Part shown: positions 24,310-37,065 of the stretch, one piece after another
How the letters are laid out: each line of letters opens with the position of its first letter
Numbering within the stretch: the first letter of the stretch is position 1
NCBI GenBank assembly: GCA_010093605.1
Contig: MU004199.1
Span: 1,178,001 to 1,242,000 of the forward strand
Reading direction: 5' to 3'
Source of the DNA: Lophium mytilinum
Lineage: Eukaryota
Length of the DNA: 64,000 nucleotides
Notes under the pieces: model-generated
Databases searched by the model: none
Seen by the model: the letters and a program-made list of their open reading frames with translations, nothing else
Told to the model about the DNA's origin: nothing
Position numbers and translations under genes: made by a program

Positions 24310-25075
24310 ATACGCCCCGAAGCTCTCCAACATCGGCGCACAGAATGTCACGATCTCCCCTTTTCAAATTAGATGTCGCTCTGTCAGGGCGTTTTGGAGG
24401 AGCCTTCCTAGCGTTTGAAGCGCTCTAGCTGGTCAAAGTCCTCGTATCGAACACCCTATTTCTTGCTCTTCAGATTTGACATCACCTTTCCAGGGCGTGT
24501 TGTCAATCTTCGACGGCGTCTGAAGCCCGCCAACTTGTCGACATTCTTGCGGTTACACCCCAAGCTTTCTACTCTTCGGATCTGCTTTCGCAGATTCGCG
24601 TTGTTTTAATCACTGTTTACCGGCGTTTGAAGCTCGCTAGCTTGTCGACATTCTTGCGGTCAAAACCCAAGATTTCTACTCATCGAATCTGCCTTAGTAG
24701 ATTGCTGCCATTTTGATCACTGCGTACCAGCGTTTGAAGCCCACCAGCTTGTCCAAAATCCCCCCGATTGAAAGTCAAATTTTCGACTCTCTAAATCCAC
24801 CTTGGCGGATTAATGTCGTGTTGATCATTGCTTGCCGGTGTCCGAAGCCCGCCAGCTTGTTCATTAAGGTCGAAATGGGAATGTCGCATTTCCTAGTCTT
24901 CAAGTTCGACATGCTGTTTCCGCGGCGTTTTGATGCTTTCCAACGGCGTGTGAGGTCCGCCATCAAGTCAAAAATCTTGCGGTTGAATGTCAAGTTTCCT
25001 AACCTTCAATTGTATCCCGCCGTTTGATCACTGCTTGCCAGCGTTTAGGGTCCGCCGGCCGACTTGTTTGTAATA
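24310..25075. repeat. Degenerate tandem array, ~107-bp period, 7-8 units
   Basis: Core GCGTTTGAAGCCCGCCAGCTTGTC or a variant has its GAAG-equivalent at 24319, 24417, 24522, 24629, 24736, 24844, 24952 and 25047 (spacings 98, 105, 107, 107, 108, 108, 95). Confidence 0.85.
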
Positions 25076-25724
25076 CCACGGGCGGAGATGGGTCGAAAGT
25101 ACTGTAGCTCTCGTCGAAGGAGCGCAAGCTTTTCCACTGGAGGCCGACGATGCGAGAAGACCTTGTCGTCGAAAGTTATAGTTTGACGGTCAGATTGATA
25201 TTAGCTTCGAGTTGACGTACCAGTTTTCCATGAAGCCAGGCCCGCCATCATCGCCGCTATTATCGCCGCCAGCGTCGCCGCCTGCTCTCGATTACCAATT
25301 TAGTTAAGAGGAAGCTCCAAGGAGGTAACCCGGCCTCTATAAACATTTGGGAGATTAATCGAGAGGGGGGCGTGCATTTTAAGTGAAAAGGGAGTGTATA
25401 GTTAGGGGCGCCCTTTTTTTATAGTAGTGGTATAATAGTATAGAGAACTTAAAATTGTATTAGATAGCACAGAATCACGGCGACCGAGAGAGGTGAAATG
25501 AAATAACTCTAGTACGCGAGAGGAGTTCGGGGACGTGCCAAGAGACAGCAACGAGATCGTGGTTGGTGATTTACCTAAGGGTACGTAAGTAAGTTAATTC
25601 CGCAGTCCAACCACTAAGTATCGGGCTCAATCATACCTCTGTTTGCCCAGTTGGTTCTGCCAACACGATAGGGACAAAAGAAGCGATTACGTTCGGTTAC
25701 CTCTGGTAAATAAAACTTATTTAA

Positions 25725-25995
25725 AATCTTGTTAGAGCGTCTGGGCGTAGCCTGGGTTCGATTCCCGCTCCGACCTAGCACCTTATTAAAAAAAAAAAAA
25801 AAAAACTTTATATTCACCTCCATTGAAGAGCGCCCAGGCTTAGCCTGGATCTAAACTCCGCTCCGACTTCGTTCTCACAAATCTTTGAAAGAGCGCCCAG
25901 GCCTAGCCTGGATTCAAACTCCGCTCCGACTTCTTCACCACAAAACTTTAAAGAGCGCCCAGGCCTAGCCTGGATTGAAAACCGCTCCGGCTTCG
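25725..25995 (+). repeat. Four copies of a hairpin-containing, tRNA/B-box-like unit with an intervening poly(A)
   Basis: GAGCG-Y-CCAGGC-NTA-GCCTGG-N9-10-CGCTC-CGRC begins at 25735, 25828, 25891 and 25953. Copy 1 contains GGTTCGATTCC and is followed by A18 (25788-25805). Confidence 0.8.
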
Positions 25996-26607
25996 CCAGC
26001 ATAAACCTGTTCCTACTTTTGCTTCTTTTTTTCTTTCTTTCACCATCTTGTGTCTTACCCCCATCCTCTGCTCTCTCTTACCACCGCCGACTGCGGAAGG
26101 AAAGGAAACCCAGTGTGAGTCCAGCTATGGCGGCCACCGGTATGCCGACGCCGATGCCAGCTTAACGCCAGTGGAGATACCTTGTCTCGATGATGATACT
26201 AAGCTGGGTGATGCTAAGACGGTTGGTAAAGCTAACATCTGGAACGTCGGGGTAATCGAAGAAGCATCTTCGACAGTCGCCGACAACGTGCATATCGAAG
26301 ACAAATGGGTTAGTTTGAACGACAAGATCGTGCAGAATCTTCACATAGCATCTAGAAAAAGGGAAGTTCTAGAAAGATCATTTGCAAGTACCTTTCAAAT
26401 GGGGTTCTGTCCCAGATGGTGGCAGGACCGTACCCACAGTGCTATACGAGACGAGCTAAGAGTCCCCAACCCAGCCTCCCAAACGGGTATCTATGACTGA
26501 AGCAAGAAGGAAGGAAAAAGTATCCCTGTGAGGGACTCTTATGATGTGCCTAAACGCCGTACACCAATGCCAGATCGTATACTCACGCTGTGATCAACGC
26601 AATAAAC

Positions 26608-27939
26608 TCACTGATCACGTGCAGCGTCGATCTCTGAATACTCCAACCACTGGTTGGTAACAGATTTCTTCCAGGATCGAACGGTGCCATCGTCGCCAGT
26701 TGACAGCAGTAACTCACCTGAAACGATATGAGCAACTGTTGGCAAGGGGCACGAGGACATGACTTACCCATCGGAGAAAATGCCACTCTCCACACTGCGC
26801 CGTGATGCTGGGTTAGTTCCGCAGCTTTCTTGACGACATGCCTTACGCGACCTGGGTGACCTTCGTTGTCTTGAGCACTATCAGCAACACTCGACGTCCC
26901 TGCGAGCCCAGCTCCAATCCCGGAAGGAGCGTTCTTTCGAGGACCAACGGGCCGTGGAGCAGCGGGATTTTCGGCAATGGTGGTGGCGGACGAGGCATTT
27001 CCCTTCGAAGAGGTGTTTGCAGTAGGGGTGCTCAAATCGTAGATACGGATGGCACCATCCTTACTCGCAGTAGCGATGACATCGTAGCCCCTCTGCGAAC
27101 CGTTGGCCCAGGCAACGTCCCGAATGATCTGCCGCGATCCTTTGAGTTCCGCTGCTTGGTAGAAGCGCTTTGCTTTATCAGTCCTGAAGATCTTGACTGT
27201 CTGCATGGCTACGACGGCGAGGGAGAGCGCTTTTCTGTCCAGGCCAGCCTGGATTGCGGTCCAGCAGGGCAATTTCTCCTTGTGGAAGCAGACTTTGAAG
27301 CCGACTTCCTCCTGACGATCGGGGGTCTTGTCACAGACCCAGTTCTGGGCAATGAGATTCCACTCGGCTAGGGTGCTCTGATCGACGGGTTCGTAAACGG
27401 TGAGGCGCCCGTCCCGGGTGATGAGAGCAAGCCAGGTGTCTTGCATGATGTTTTTGAAGTCGAGAGACATGAACGGCGCGCCCGTCTCTGATTTGATGTT
27501 GTATATCAGCTGGAACCGCTTGCCTGACATGGGGACTTCAGTTACGTCTTCTTGCCAGAGTTTGCACCGGCCGTCTTCGCCAATGCTGCCAATGACCTCG
27601 CCCATGAACGGGCCATTCCATTTGGCCTGGGATCGGTTAGTGCTTAGGCGTAGAGAGCATTGCAAAAAAATGTGCTCATGTTGACTCAGAGGCTCTTTAT
27701 CAGATAGAAATTGTCTAGGCGGGAATAATTAGGAACGGGTGTGCACTCACATCAACTATCTCGGCATCATGTGCCCTCCAGCTATCAACTAGATTCCAAG
27801 AGTCGTCCTTTTTGTCATGGACTTTGAGCTTGTGGTCCGAAGACGCGGTAACCATGCGAGTACCGAAATAGTTGAAATCGACAGCCAGAACAAGGTCCTG
27901 ATGGCCGTGCGAAAAGGTCTGAAAGCTACGCTCGGCCAT
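26608..27939 (-). CDS. SEH1: WD40 nucleoporin / SEA(GATOR2) complex subunit Seh1
   Basis: HGHQDLVLAVDFNYFGTRMVTASSDHKLKV, SWRAHDAEI, WNGPFMGEVIGSIGEDG, IRDVAWANGSQRGYDVIATASKDG, LLSTGDDGTVRSWK. Introns 27627-27750 and about 26718-26767. Confidence 0.92.
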
Positions 27940-28500
27940 TGCAGCGTAAGACTTGCGGGCAATCACAAATAGCGAGTCGAGTTTCTCGCTGACGCGTGAG
28001 TCTATAGCTGGAACTATGCCATTAGAATCGCATTCAAGGGTCAGCGGAGACGTATAGTCGACTTCGTCCAACGAGTCCTTGACGACGGCAGTCAAGTTGA
28101 GCTGGCTGTGGCGATGATGGGAGCCGGGAAAGGAGCGTGCGTCCTGTGGGGCCTCCCCTGGCGAGAGCGAGGTGTCTGAGGCGGCCTGCGAGGGCAGCCG
28201 GCTGGGTGAGAGGTTCTTCAGAAAGCCCGGACGGAAGAGCAGACGGGTCGCCGCGTTGAGATTCTCCTGGATCGGGTCCTGGGCGTCTTTCTGGTAATGG
28301 TGTTGGCTGTTGCGGTCCATCGCTAATACTGAAAAGCGCCCTCTGCCGATTCGCGTTAGGTTGCGCTTCACGATGCGGGCGGTGAGGGTGGCAGTAGTCA
28401 GGGCAGTTGACGGTCTGATCGCCAGGGCAGACCAGGCCACCTTTCAACTTCAGACTCTGGACGAACTTGATGGGCCCCTTTCACTTCCAGCACTTCCACG

Positions 28501-30033
28501 ATGGCCGCCAAGCTGGGCAGGACCGAAGTGCTGTCGCTCCTTTCTTTGTCGTGTGCGTGCGTGGGCGTGCTGGCAAACACCTTCCAGGGCGACGGCGAGC
28601 CTCTAATCGCGTCTGTTGCATTTAGCGGCCTGGCGTTTTCTTCCACCTACGCCCTTATACGATGGCTCGGGGATGCCTTCATGCGTGCTGGCTTCAAGGG
28701 GAAGGATTTGTCGAAGCTGCGTCAAGCCGAAATGTGCGTAGACACCAACAAACGCTGTTGATTGCAGGATGCTGAGTCATGTGCCAGACCGGAGACGATG
28801 GGCGCTGTCTGCGCCATGGTGTATCTGTTCATTATAATTGTCTTCATCCCGTGGCCCTTCTACAAGTACATCGTGGCGGCCACGTCTGGCGGCGGGAATC
28901 GCGATGTGGTCTTCGAGCTCCAGCAGGTGGAGACTGGCCGACTGCTGCACAGATTCCCCCACGGCAAGGTCTGTACCCCCTTTCGTCCCATATGACCCCT
29001 CGCTGAATCGGTCCATCAGCTTGCATCATATCTGTCAGCCATTCTGTCTCTTCACTCGGTTGTGTTGTTGGGCATTGGCGACGATCTGTTTGATATCAGA
29101 TGGCGCCACAAGGTGCTCATCCCGGCATTCGCCTCGATTCCTATTCTGATAGTCTACTTTGTCGACTTTGGCGTAACCAAGATGGTGGTCCCAACGTTCC
29201 TGCGGCCCTACCTTGGCGAGCTGTTTGATCTCGGTAAAGAGTGCCCTTGTTGCGGACTAGTATCAGACTGACTTGGCCTTGCAGGGTGGTTGTATTACGT
29301 CTACATGGCCATGGTGTCTATCTTCTGTACCAACAGCATCAACATCCTGGCCGGCATCAACGGGATCGAGGTGGGACAGTCACTGGTGATTGCGTGCCTC
29401 ATCGTCTTCAACGACGCCCTGTACCTGTCACCGTTCACGCCGTATCCGCATCCGGCCACCGACTCCCATCTGTTCTCCTTGTACCTCCTTCTGCCATTCA
29501 TCGGTGTTTCAGTGGCGCTATTAATGCACAACTGGTTCCCTGCCAAGGTCTTTGTGGGCGACACGTACTGCTACTTTGCCGGCATGGTGTTCGCCGTCGA
29601 CGGCATCCTGGGACACTTCAGCAAGACGCTGATGCTGCTCCTCCTGCCGCAGGCTTTCAACTTTCTGTACTCAGCGCCGCAGCTGTTCCATATCATACCA
29701 TGCCCCCGACATCGGCTTCCGCACTTCAACCCCCGAACCGGGCTCATGGAGTGCTCCGTAGTGGAGTTCAAGAAACCTCTGGCACGGCCGATCGCGGAGG
29801 TGCTGAGACTGTTGCATCGCTTACGGCTCCTCCGGATCGAGACCAACGAGAAGGGAGAAGTTGTTTCATCTACTAATCTTACGATAATCAACCTCTGGTT
29901 GGTCTGGTTTGGACCCTTGCGGGAAGATCGGCTCGCAGTGGGACTATTGGTATTTCAGACGGGGTGCGGGCTGGCGGGCCTGTTTGTCAGGCATCGACTG
30001 GCGCTATGGGTATTCACCCAGGATAACCTGTGA
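28501..30033 (+). CDS. ALG7: UDP-GlcNAc:dolichyl-phosphate GlcNAc-1-phosphotransferase (DPAGT1 ortholog)
   Basis: GKDLSK, IPETMG, LGIGDDLFDIRWRHK, FCTNSINILAGINGIE, PAKVFVGDTYCYFAG, IPCPRHRLP. Three GT-AG introns (about 28734-28787, 28969-29019, 29234-29284). Confidence 0.97.
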
Positions 30034-30499
30034 ACAGGCGTCTTCTAAATGTATGCACCATCAACACGAGAGCGGACTGTACGATACCAGGTTTAGGAAG
30101 GTCGGTAGGCAGAAATCGATACAGCCGCTAGTAAGCGGCAGTTGGACTCCCGATAGCGGCGTGGGGTATATCGTCTCACCGTTCAGGAAATCTACCTAGG
30201 TACTTGCAGAGACACCTACCTAGGCACTGTGTTGGAGCAAGATGCTTACTTCTTTGGCGTCTTTAGACTATACAAATTCCCAATCGAATGCCAGAGTGCA
30301 GTCTTGAGCCTTCGCCCCAGCCGTGCCAATTATCTCGACCTTTCACGCCGACTATGACGTCCAGTAGTATTTGCAGCATTTGAAGCTCTGCCACAGCGAA
30401 ACCCGGAACGTGAGATCCATGTGGCCTAGCGCCGACCCACCCGCCTATGAGGGGCTGCTGATTCTTTGTGGCGGCCTTACCCCACAACATTCGCGCGGT

Positions 30500-30509
30500 C
30501 CGAAGTCGG
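30500..30509. promoter_or_regulatory. Leu3/LeuB-type binding site CCG-N4-CGG
   Basis: CCGAAGTCGG lies 174 bp upstream of the LEU1 ATG and matches the established Leu3/LeuB consensus. Confidence 0.65.
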
Positions 30510-30682
30510 CCTTCGAGGTGATCTGCTCGCGGTATAATTGTGCCACCCCAGCTGCCTCGACTCCTTCCTACATATTTGTTGCACTGCTTCTCTCAGCTGC
30601 TCTCTCGCACTTTGCATTATACCTCTCCACCCTCCTGCATTATACCAGCCCAATTGCTTTTTGCTGTACCACGTCCGGCATC

Positions 30683-33185
30683 ATGCCGTCTGCAGTGAAA
30701 CCTCCACAGACCCTGTACGACAAGGTATTTGCGGACCACATCGTCGAGGAGAAGGACGATGGCACCATCTTGTTGTATATCGGTACAAATATGCTTCCCC
30801 CAGCTTCGCCGCATTGAGACTCAGATCTAACCCTCCCGCAGACCGACATCTGGTCCATGAAGTCACATCCCCTGTAGGCACCCGCAGCGGAGGCATCGCC
30901 GCAACCCACGCAAGCATTTATCACTGACACAGGACATAGCAAGCATTCGAAGGCCTGCGGAATGCCAGCCGCAAGGTCCGCAGACCCGACTGCACTTTAG
31001 CCACCGTTGACCACGTATGTTTCCCTTTCACTGTTTGCCAGTGTGGACGTGGCGACTGACTTGCCAACAGAACATCCCCACCACCTCTCGAAAGAACCTC
31101 ACCACCACCGCAAAGTTCATCGACGAAGCTGACTCGCGAACGCAATGCACCACCCTAGAAGACAACGTCAAGGCATTCGGCCTCACATACTTCGGACTAG
31201 GAGACAAGCGCCAGGGCATCGTGCACATCATCGGTCCTGAGCAGGGCTTCACCCTGCCAGGCACGACTGTGGTCTGCGGCGACAGCCACACCTCTACTCA
31301 TGGCGCCTTTGGGGCTCTGGCGTTTGGCATTGGCACTAGCGAAGTGGAACATGTGCTGGCTACCCAGACCATCATCACACGACGGAGCAAGAACATGAGG
31401 GTACAAGTTGACGGGGAGCTACCCGCTGGCGTAAGCAGCAAGGACATCATTCTCCATGTCATTGGCGTAATCGGAACTGCCGGTGGCACTGGTGCTGTCA
31501 TTGAGTTCTGCGGGTCCGCTATCCGAGGTCTGAGCATGGAGGCGCGCATGTCGATATGCAACATGTCGATCGAAGCCGGTGCACGAGCTGGCATGATTGC
31601 TCCTGACGAGACGACCTTCACCTACCTAAAGGGCAGGCCGCTGGCTCCTAAGCCTGACAGCGCGGAGTGGAAAAAGGCCGTGGCGTACTGGTCTACCCTA
31701 AACTCAGACGCAGACGCAAAGTTCGACCTTGATGTGTTCATCAACACCAAAGACATCGCTCCCACAGTATCCTGGGGTACATCTCCACAGGATGTCATTC
31801 CAATCACTGGTGTGGTCCCTGGCCCCGATGATTTCCAGGACGAGGACAAGAGGAAAGCTTGCATTCGAGCTCTCGAGTACATGGGACTGACTGCAGGTAC
31901 CCCTATGCAGGAGATCGAAGTCGACAAGGTCTTCATCGGATCATGCACGAATGCCCGTATCGAGGATCTCCGTGCTGCCGCCAAGGTCGTGGAAGGAAAG
32001 AAGGTTGCTCCCAACCTAAAGAGAGCCATGATTGTACCCGGATCTGGCCTCGTCAAGCGTCAAGCCGAATCCGAAGGTCTGGATAAGATATTTACGGAAG
32101 CCGGTTTCGAGTGGCGGGAAGCTGGTTGTTCGATGTGCTTAGGCATGAACCCCGATATTCTCTCACCAGGCGAGCGATGTGCCAGCACATCGAACCGTAA
32201 TTTCGAAGGTCGACAGGGAGCTGGAGGCAGGACGCATCTCATGTCTCCAGTCATGGCTGCCGCAGCTGCCATTGTTGGAAAGCTAGCCGATGTCAGGAAA
32301 CTCGCGCCTCCGACAACCACTGCTAAGTCATCCCCGAAGATCGAGCTCAACGCCCACGTCGCCGACCTCGAGAGCGATGACGATCTCGACCGCCTCCTGG
32401 ACGAGCCAGCTGACCCCCAGTCAACACCATCAGCGTTCGCCGCACCCGACGCCTCCAAAGGCGCCATGGCCAGCTTCACCGTCCTCCGCGGCATCGCCGC
32501 CCCCATGGACATCGCCAACATCGACACCGACGCCATCATCCCCAAGCAGTTCCTAAAAACCATCAAGCGCTCCGGCCTCGGCTCCGCCCTCTTCCATGCC
32601 TGGCGCTACGAACCCGGCACCGACAACGAACAGCCCGACTTCGTCCTCAACAAGGAGCCCTACCGCAAATCCAAGATCCTCGTCTGCACGGGGCCCAATT
32701 TCGGCTGCGGCAGCAGCAGAGAACACGCGCCGTGGGCTCTGCTCGACTTCGGCATCACGTGCGTGATAGCGCCGAGCTACGGCGACATCTTCTTCAACAA
32801 TACGTTCAAGAACGGCATGCTGCCGCTCGTCATCCCGCCCGGCGCTGAGCTCGACGCCATCGCGGCGGAAGCGAAGGCTGGGAAGGAGATCGAGGTCGAC
32901 CTGCCCTCACAGACGATCCGCGACTCAAACGGTAAGGAGCTGGCGAAGTTTGAGGTTGAGGAGTTCAGGAAACACTGCCTCGTAAACGGCCTCGATGACA
33001 TCGGGCTGACGATGGCGAGCGAGGACAAGATCCTGAAGTTCGAGGGCAAGCGGACGAGGGAGTGGCCGTGGCTGGATGGGAGCGGGTATCTGGCCAAGCA
33101 TGGCCGGGGGCCCGTGAAGGTGGAGGCGGTGCCGGTGCCGAAGACGAATAGGGGCGAGGTGCTCAAGGAGCCGTTGGAGTGGTAG
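30683..33185 (+). CDS. LEU1: 3-isopropylmalate dehydratase
   Basis: [86 protein letters not shown]. Introns 30783-30841, 30874-30939, 31015-31070. Confidence 0.99.
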
Positions 33186-33734
33186 ATGTACGGCATACGG
33201 CTTACGTGGTACGATATGGGAGGTATATGAAAAGTTAGGCTGGGTTGAATTGAGTTGGGTAGGGTAATGGTTGTGTTATGATACACGAGGATATATATGG
33301 GAACTTGTGTTTTGGGTTATGGGGATGATGGCGGTCTTCTGCTGCGCTTAGTAAGGCGGTTAGCTGCCTCTAATATCAATGACTTCATGAGCTACGACTG
33401 CTTATGGTTTTCTAAGACTGTGATGGCTGGTTTGATGCGCTTTTAGGCAGTTGGATACGATTGAAGGATGATCACAGACGGCTGTATCTGCAATTGTGAA
33501 AACCGCTAGATATTTCTCAAGTTGTATCAAAATGTAGTAAGGAGTATTTTCACTCCTGTAGCCAGACGCCTTAGCTATGCAAATCGGCTCCGTTTTCATG
33601 CGCCAGTGCGCCGTTTTGCCGCCAAATAGACAAGATATCATGGACTTACTAGACATATAGTCATGCCATTTCTCGGGGAGACCTCAACCTCCCATTTCCA
33701 ATCCACTCAATCACGTCGCTTTCCAACCTCATAC

Positions 33735-35059
33735 TCACCTCGCACTCGGCCCATCCTTCCCCCACCCCTTCGCGCGCATACTCTCCTCAATCGCCCCCCA
33801 AATCTCCTCCACTACCTGCCTATCCCGCCAGCGGTCCTTGGCCCCTTGCGCCGGACTCCACTTATCCACGCCCACACACCTCACGCCTCGCCCCCACCCT
33901 TTGACAACATCGGGTGTCTCCTCCCCGTTCCACCCAACGTGGATGCCCAGCGCGTGGCTAAACAGCTCCGCGGGCTGCGTCCACTTGTAGCTCTTGAACT
34001 GCCACGTCTGGCCCGTCGTGAAGACAGCGACGACGCGCGACCAGTAGTCGGGCTTGAACATATCGGGGGTGTCGACGAGCACGAAGCGCAGGCGGTGGGC
34101 CGGGTCGACGCTGGGCAGTAGGCGGGTGAGGTGGAGGAGATTGAGGGTGTTCGAGCTGACCGAGGGGTCGTTGGCGGGGATGTAGATGCCGTTGTCGAGG
34201 AAGGACTTGATGTTGGACATGCGCAGCAGCGAGGAGGCGGAGGGGGAGAGCAGGATGATGGGCTCGATGCGGCGGGCGGGCTTTTTGAGGTTCGAGACGA
34301 GCGGTTGCGGGATGCTGGCGGGCGCGGCCGTGGGGCGGCCGTGCTTGAGGTAGGTGGCGGCGATTTTGCGGATGTGGGAGAAGTCCTGGTGAGGGTTAGT
34401 ATAGGTGTGGTTGGGAGGTGGGAGGTGAGGCATACGGTTGGTTTGATGCCTCGTAGCACGCTATTCCGGTCGCCCATCTTGCGCTCGCCCTCGTATATCT
34501 CGGCCAGCCGCTGGTCAAGCGTCTTTCCTACTTTCCCTGGGGCAGTGGCACTGGGTACCGTCGCGATGCCGCCTGTAGCTCCCGACGCAACTTCGGCTGA
34601 GGCCGCCGCTTGGGCAGTTGCGGCATCCAAGTCGAGTCCTTGGATGTACTCGCTCGATTCAGCTTCGCCTTTTAGCCATGAAACAAGCTCGAGCCTGTGC
34701 GCAAAGACTAAATTCTGCACGCTTCCGCCAGGGCCACCGGGTGCGGAGAGCTCTTGGTTCAGCGCTTGCGTTGCGATTATGTAGGTTTGGATAGGTTCCT
34801 CGCGCTGTAGCCAGGCGAAGTAGATGCTGCGCAGGTCGAATGGGGTTCCCGAAGGCGCGAAGCGGGTCGGTGTAGAGAGGGGGAATGTGCGGTGGGTATC
34901 ATCGTGGTTGAACGAGAGGTGGGTTGCGACGGCGATGTTGTCTACAGCGTCGTTGGCGGATGTTGGATCGGCGGTCGTGGTGAGGATTGGGAGGGTATTG
35001 CTCGCGATGGCGGCGCGGAGATTGAGGAGGGGGTCCTCGAGTTGGGCGGTGGTCGCCAT
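33735..35059 (-). CDS. CDC73: PAF1 complex subunit Cdc73
   Basis: MGDRNSVLRGIKPT/DFSHIRK, PIILLSPSASSLLRMSNIKSFL, FKPDYWSRVVAVFTTGQTWQFKSYKW. Intron 34386-34435. Confidence 0.96.
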
Positions 35060-37065
35060 GATGGGTTTGTGGAAGTGTATGGATTCGTTGTGGCTGTCAA
35101 AGAAACGCGGTTGAAGCTACGCGGCGGGAGAGATTTGGAGTTGAGCTCACGCCAAGACTTTACCTCCAGCCTCGTCTTCATCCCATCCCAGCAGCTCACG
35201 TTCTTACATCTCGTTCGTCTTACCATGCAACTTCCTTGGATCCCACGGCTTACCATAAATCGACTACTTCAATCATGGGAACAACGAGAATAGAGTCTTT
35301 GCTTAGCTAGAATAGAGGCCAGCACGTAGGTAGATATTCACAGAGAATGCGACCTGCATCGTTCTTGGCCGGGAACGCCTTTCAGTTCTCGATAGCCTCA
35401 TGTTTGCAAGATTGAGTACACAAAGGGTTTCGACCCCCATTGAAGCGCTGTCTAGTCTGTTTCCTTTCTAATTGTCATCGCTCTCCATGTGGCAGCTCCA
35501 CGTCCCTGACTCTAGACGCTGCCAATATACCCCTTTCCATCCTCTAAGCCCGCCAATCTAAGACACACAGCCTCCGACGGATGCGCGAGCCAAAACTAGG
35601 CTACGAGACCTCTTATTCCTTCGCCCTAGCCTTTGCCATGTCGCATGGAGAGCACGAGGAAGGGGCTGTCAAGTTCCACGACCAGAGGCATTGCAACACC
35701 AATGCAAGTTTCCATCCTTATCTAGTTGACGCTCACCCTGGTGTGGCCATCGCGTAAGTCAGGTAGGACAAAGATTTTGCCCCGGATTTTCGACGGCTCG
35801 AGTCACATCGGATACCTACATGGTGGTCGGTCTGCTTTTGTCATGTTATTCTGCTTCACTTCAATACTTGGAACTTCGAGCGCTATGTCTAATCTATTTG
35901 GTTTTATATGGCTCAATGAAACTCGTTCAACCGATATGCGCTTCGCCGACCAACATCCAGGAATTCGTGGGAACTTCGTTTTTATAGTCTGCACCACCAC
36001 GAGTGGCAGAAGTTGTTCAAATTACTGGCTCCTGTTACTATGGCATCTTCAGGCTCATTGCAGCAGCACAGAGGTAGTATTGACTTGTATTGCTTCATTT
36101 CAGAGATCTTTAAAAGTCTGCGTTCCAGTTGCTCAAGACCACCAACGGTCCTCGACGTTTCGTTACACGAATTGGCTTGTGTGATATCCCCATTGGGCTC
36201 ACACGGACTGGTCTGCCAATCTACATTCTCGCCATGAAGAGTCAGCGTGGCTCCAATTATCCCGCCTCGCATGTTGAGGCTTTTCGTGTTAACCATTTTT
36301 GCAGGCTTCTGCCTTGATGTCTGGTGCGGCTGAAGTCTTGGACACGAAGCGCAGCAAGCCAGCTCCAGTTCTCAAGCTCCTACGCGCCCTCTCTGTGACT
36401 CGGCCACCATAACTTGTGGTTCCATGCAGGTACGTGCAATGGCTTTTCGGGACCGTGGGACATGCCGTCGCTGGTGATTCGCTGGCGTACTTTGACAGAA
36501 CAAGCCAAGGCGAAAGTCCCGTAAGGCTGAGCAACCAGCTGAACTGACACCCGCAATCTCCACCGCACCAACATTAAGCATACGGGTAACATTCTTCCCT
36601 ATTGGCTTTCTAGTCGCTAGAGATGGAGTTAACAGTCGGTAGCGTCCGAGATCCCCCTGCCCAGTCGTAAGCATCGAGCGTACCTATGGCAATGAAGCGA
36701 CCGCACAAGCCCCGATCCTTTCGGGTCGAGGTGACGATTCGTTAGCTCAGCTTCCACTGTAGGTTACCGCCTGGAGCACAGCACTGGTTGAAGACTAGCT
36801 CCTCGCTCATGTCCACCAGTTTGACCATGTTCTGGTACCACGTTGGGCGTTCTCTGGGCCAACAGTGGCGAAGTTCGTCCAGAACAACTCAACCCAGCAT
36901 CCCTGAATCCTAAGTGTATATATGTTCTCTACCGCGGTGCTCTGTTGTGAGCGTCTTTAGCACAAATTGTCTCTCGTTCTCGATCTTTAGATCATTCCAC
37001 TCCTTTACCACGCTCGTTCAACGCCCATCTTAATCTTTCTCTTACTGTTCGTGCCCTCCCCCACC

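Noticed and set aside
25735..25995. CRISPR-like look (palindromic repeats with spacers)
   Set aside because: Eukaryotic context, no cas genes, and the spacers are short and related to each other, so this is a tandem repeat.
26048..26500. 150-aa ORF after the repeat block
   Set aside because: No ATG start and no recognisable domain; at most a gene relic.
35300..36900. Scattered 60-150 aa ORFs between CDC73 and the secreted protein
   Set aside because: No motifs, coding bias or coherent splice chain.
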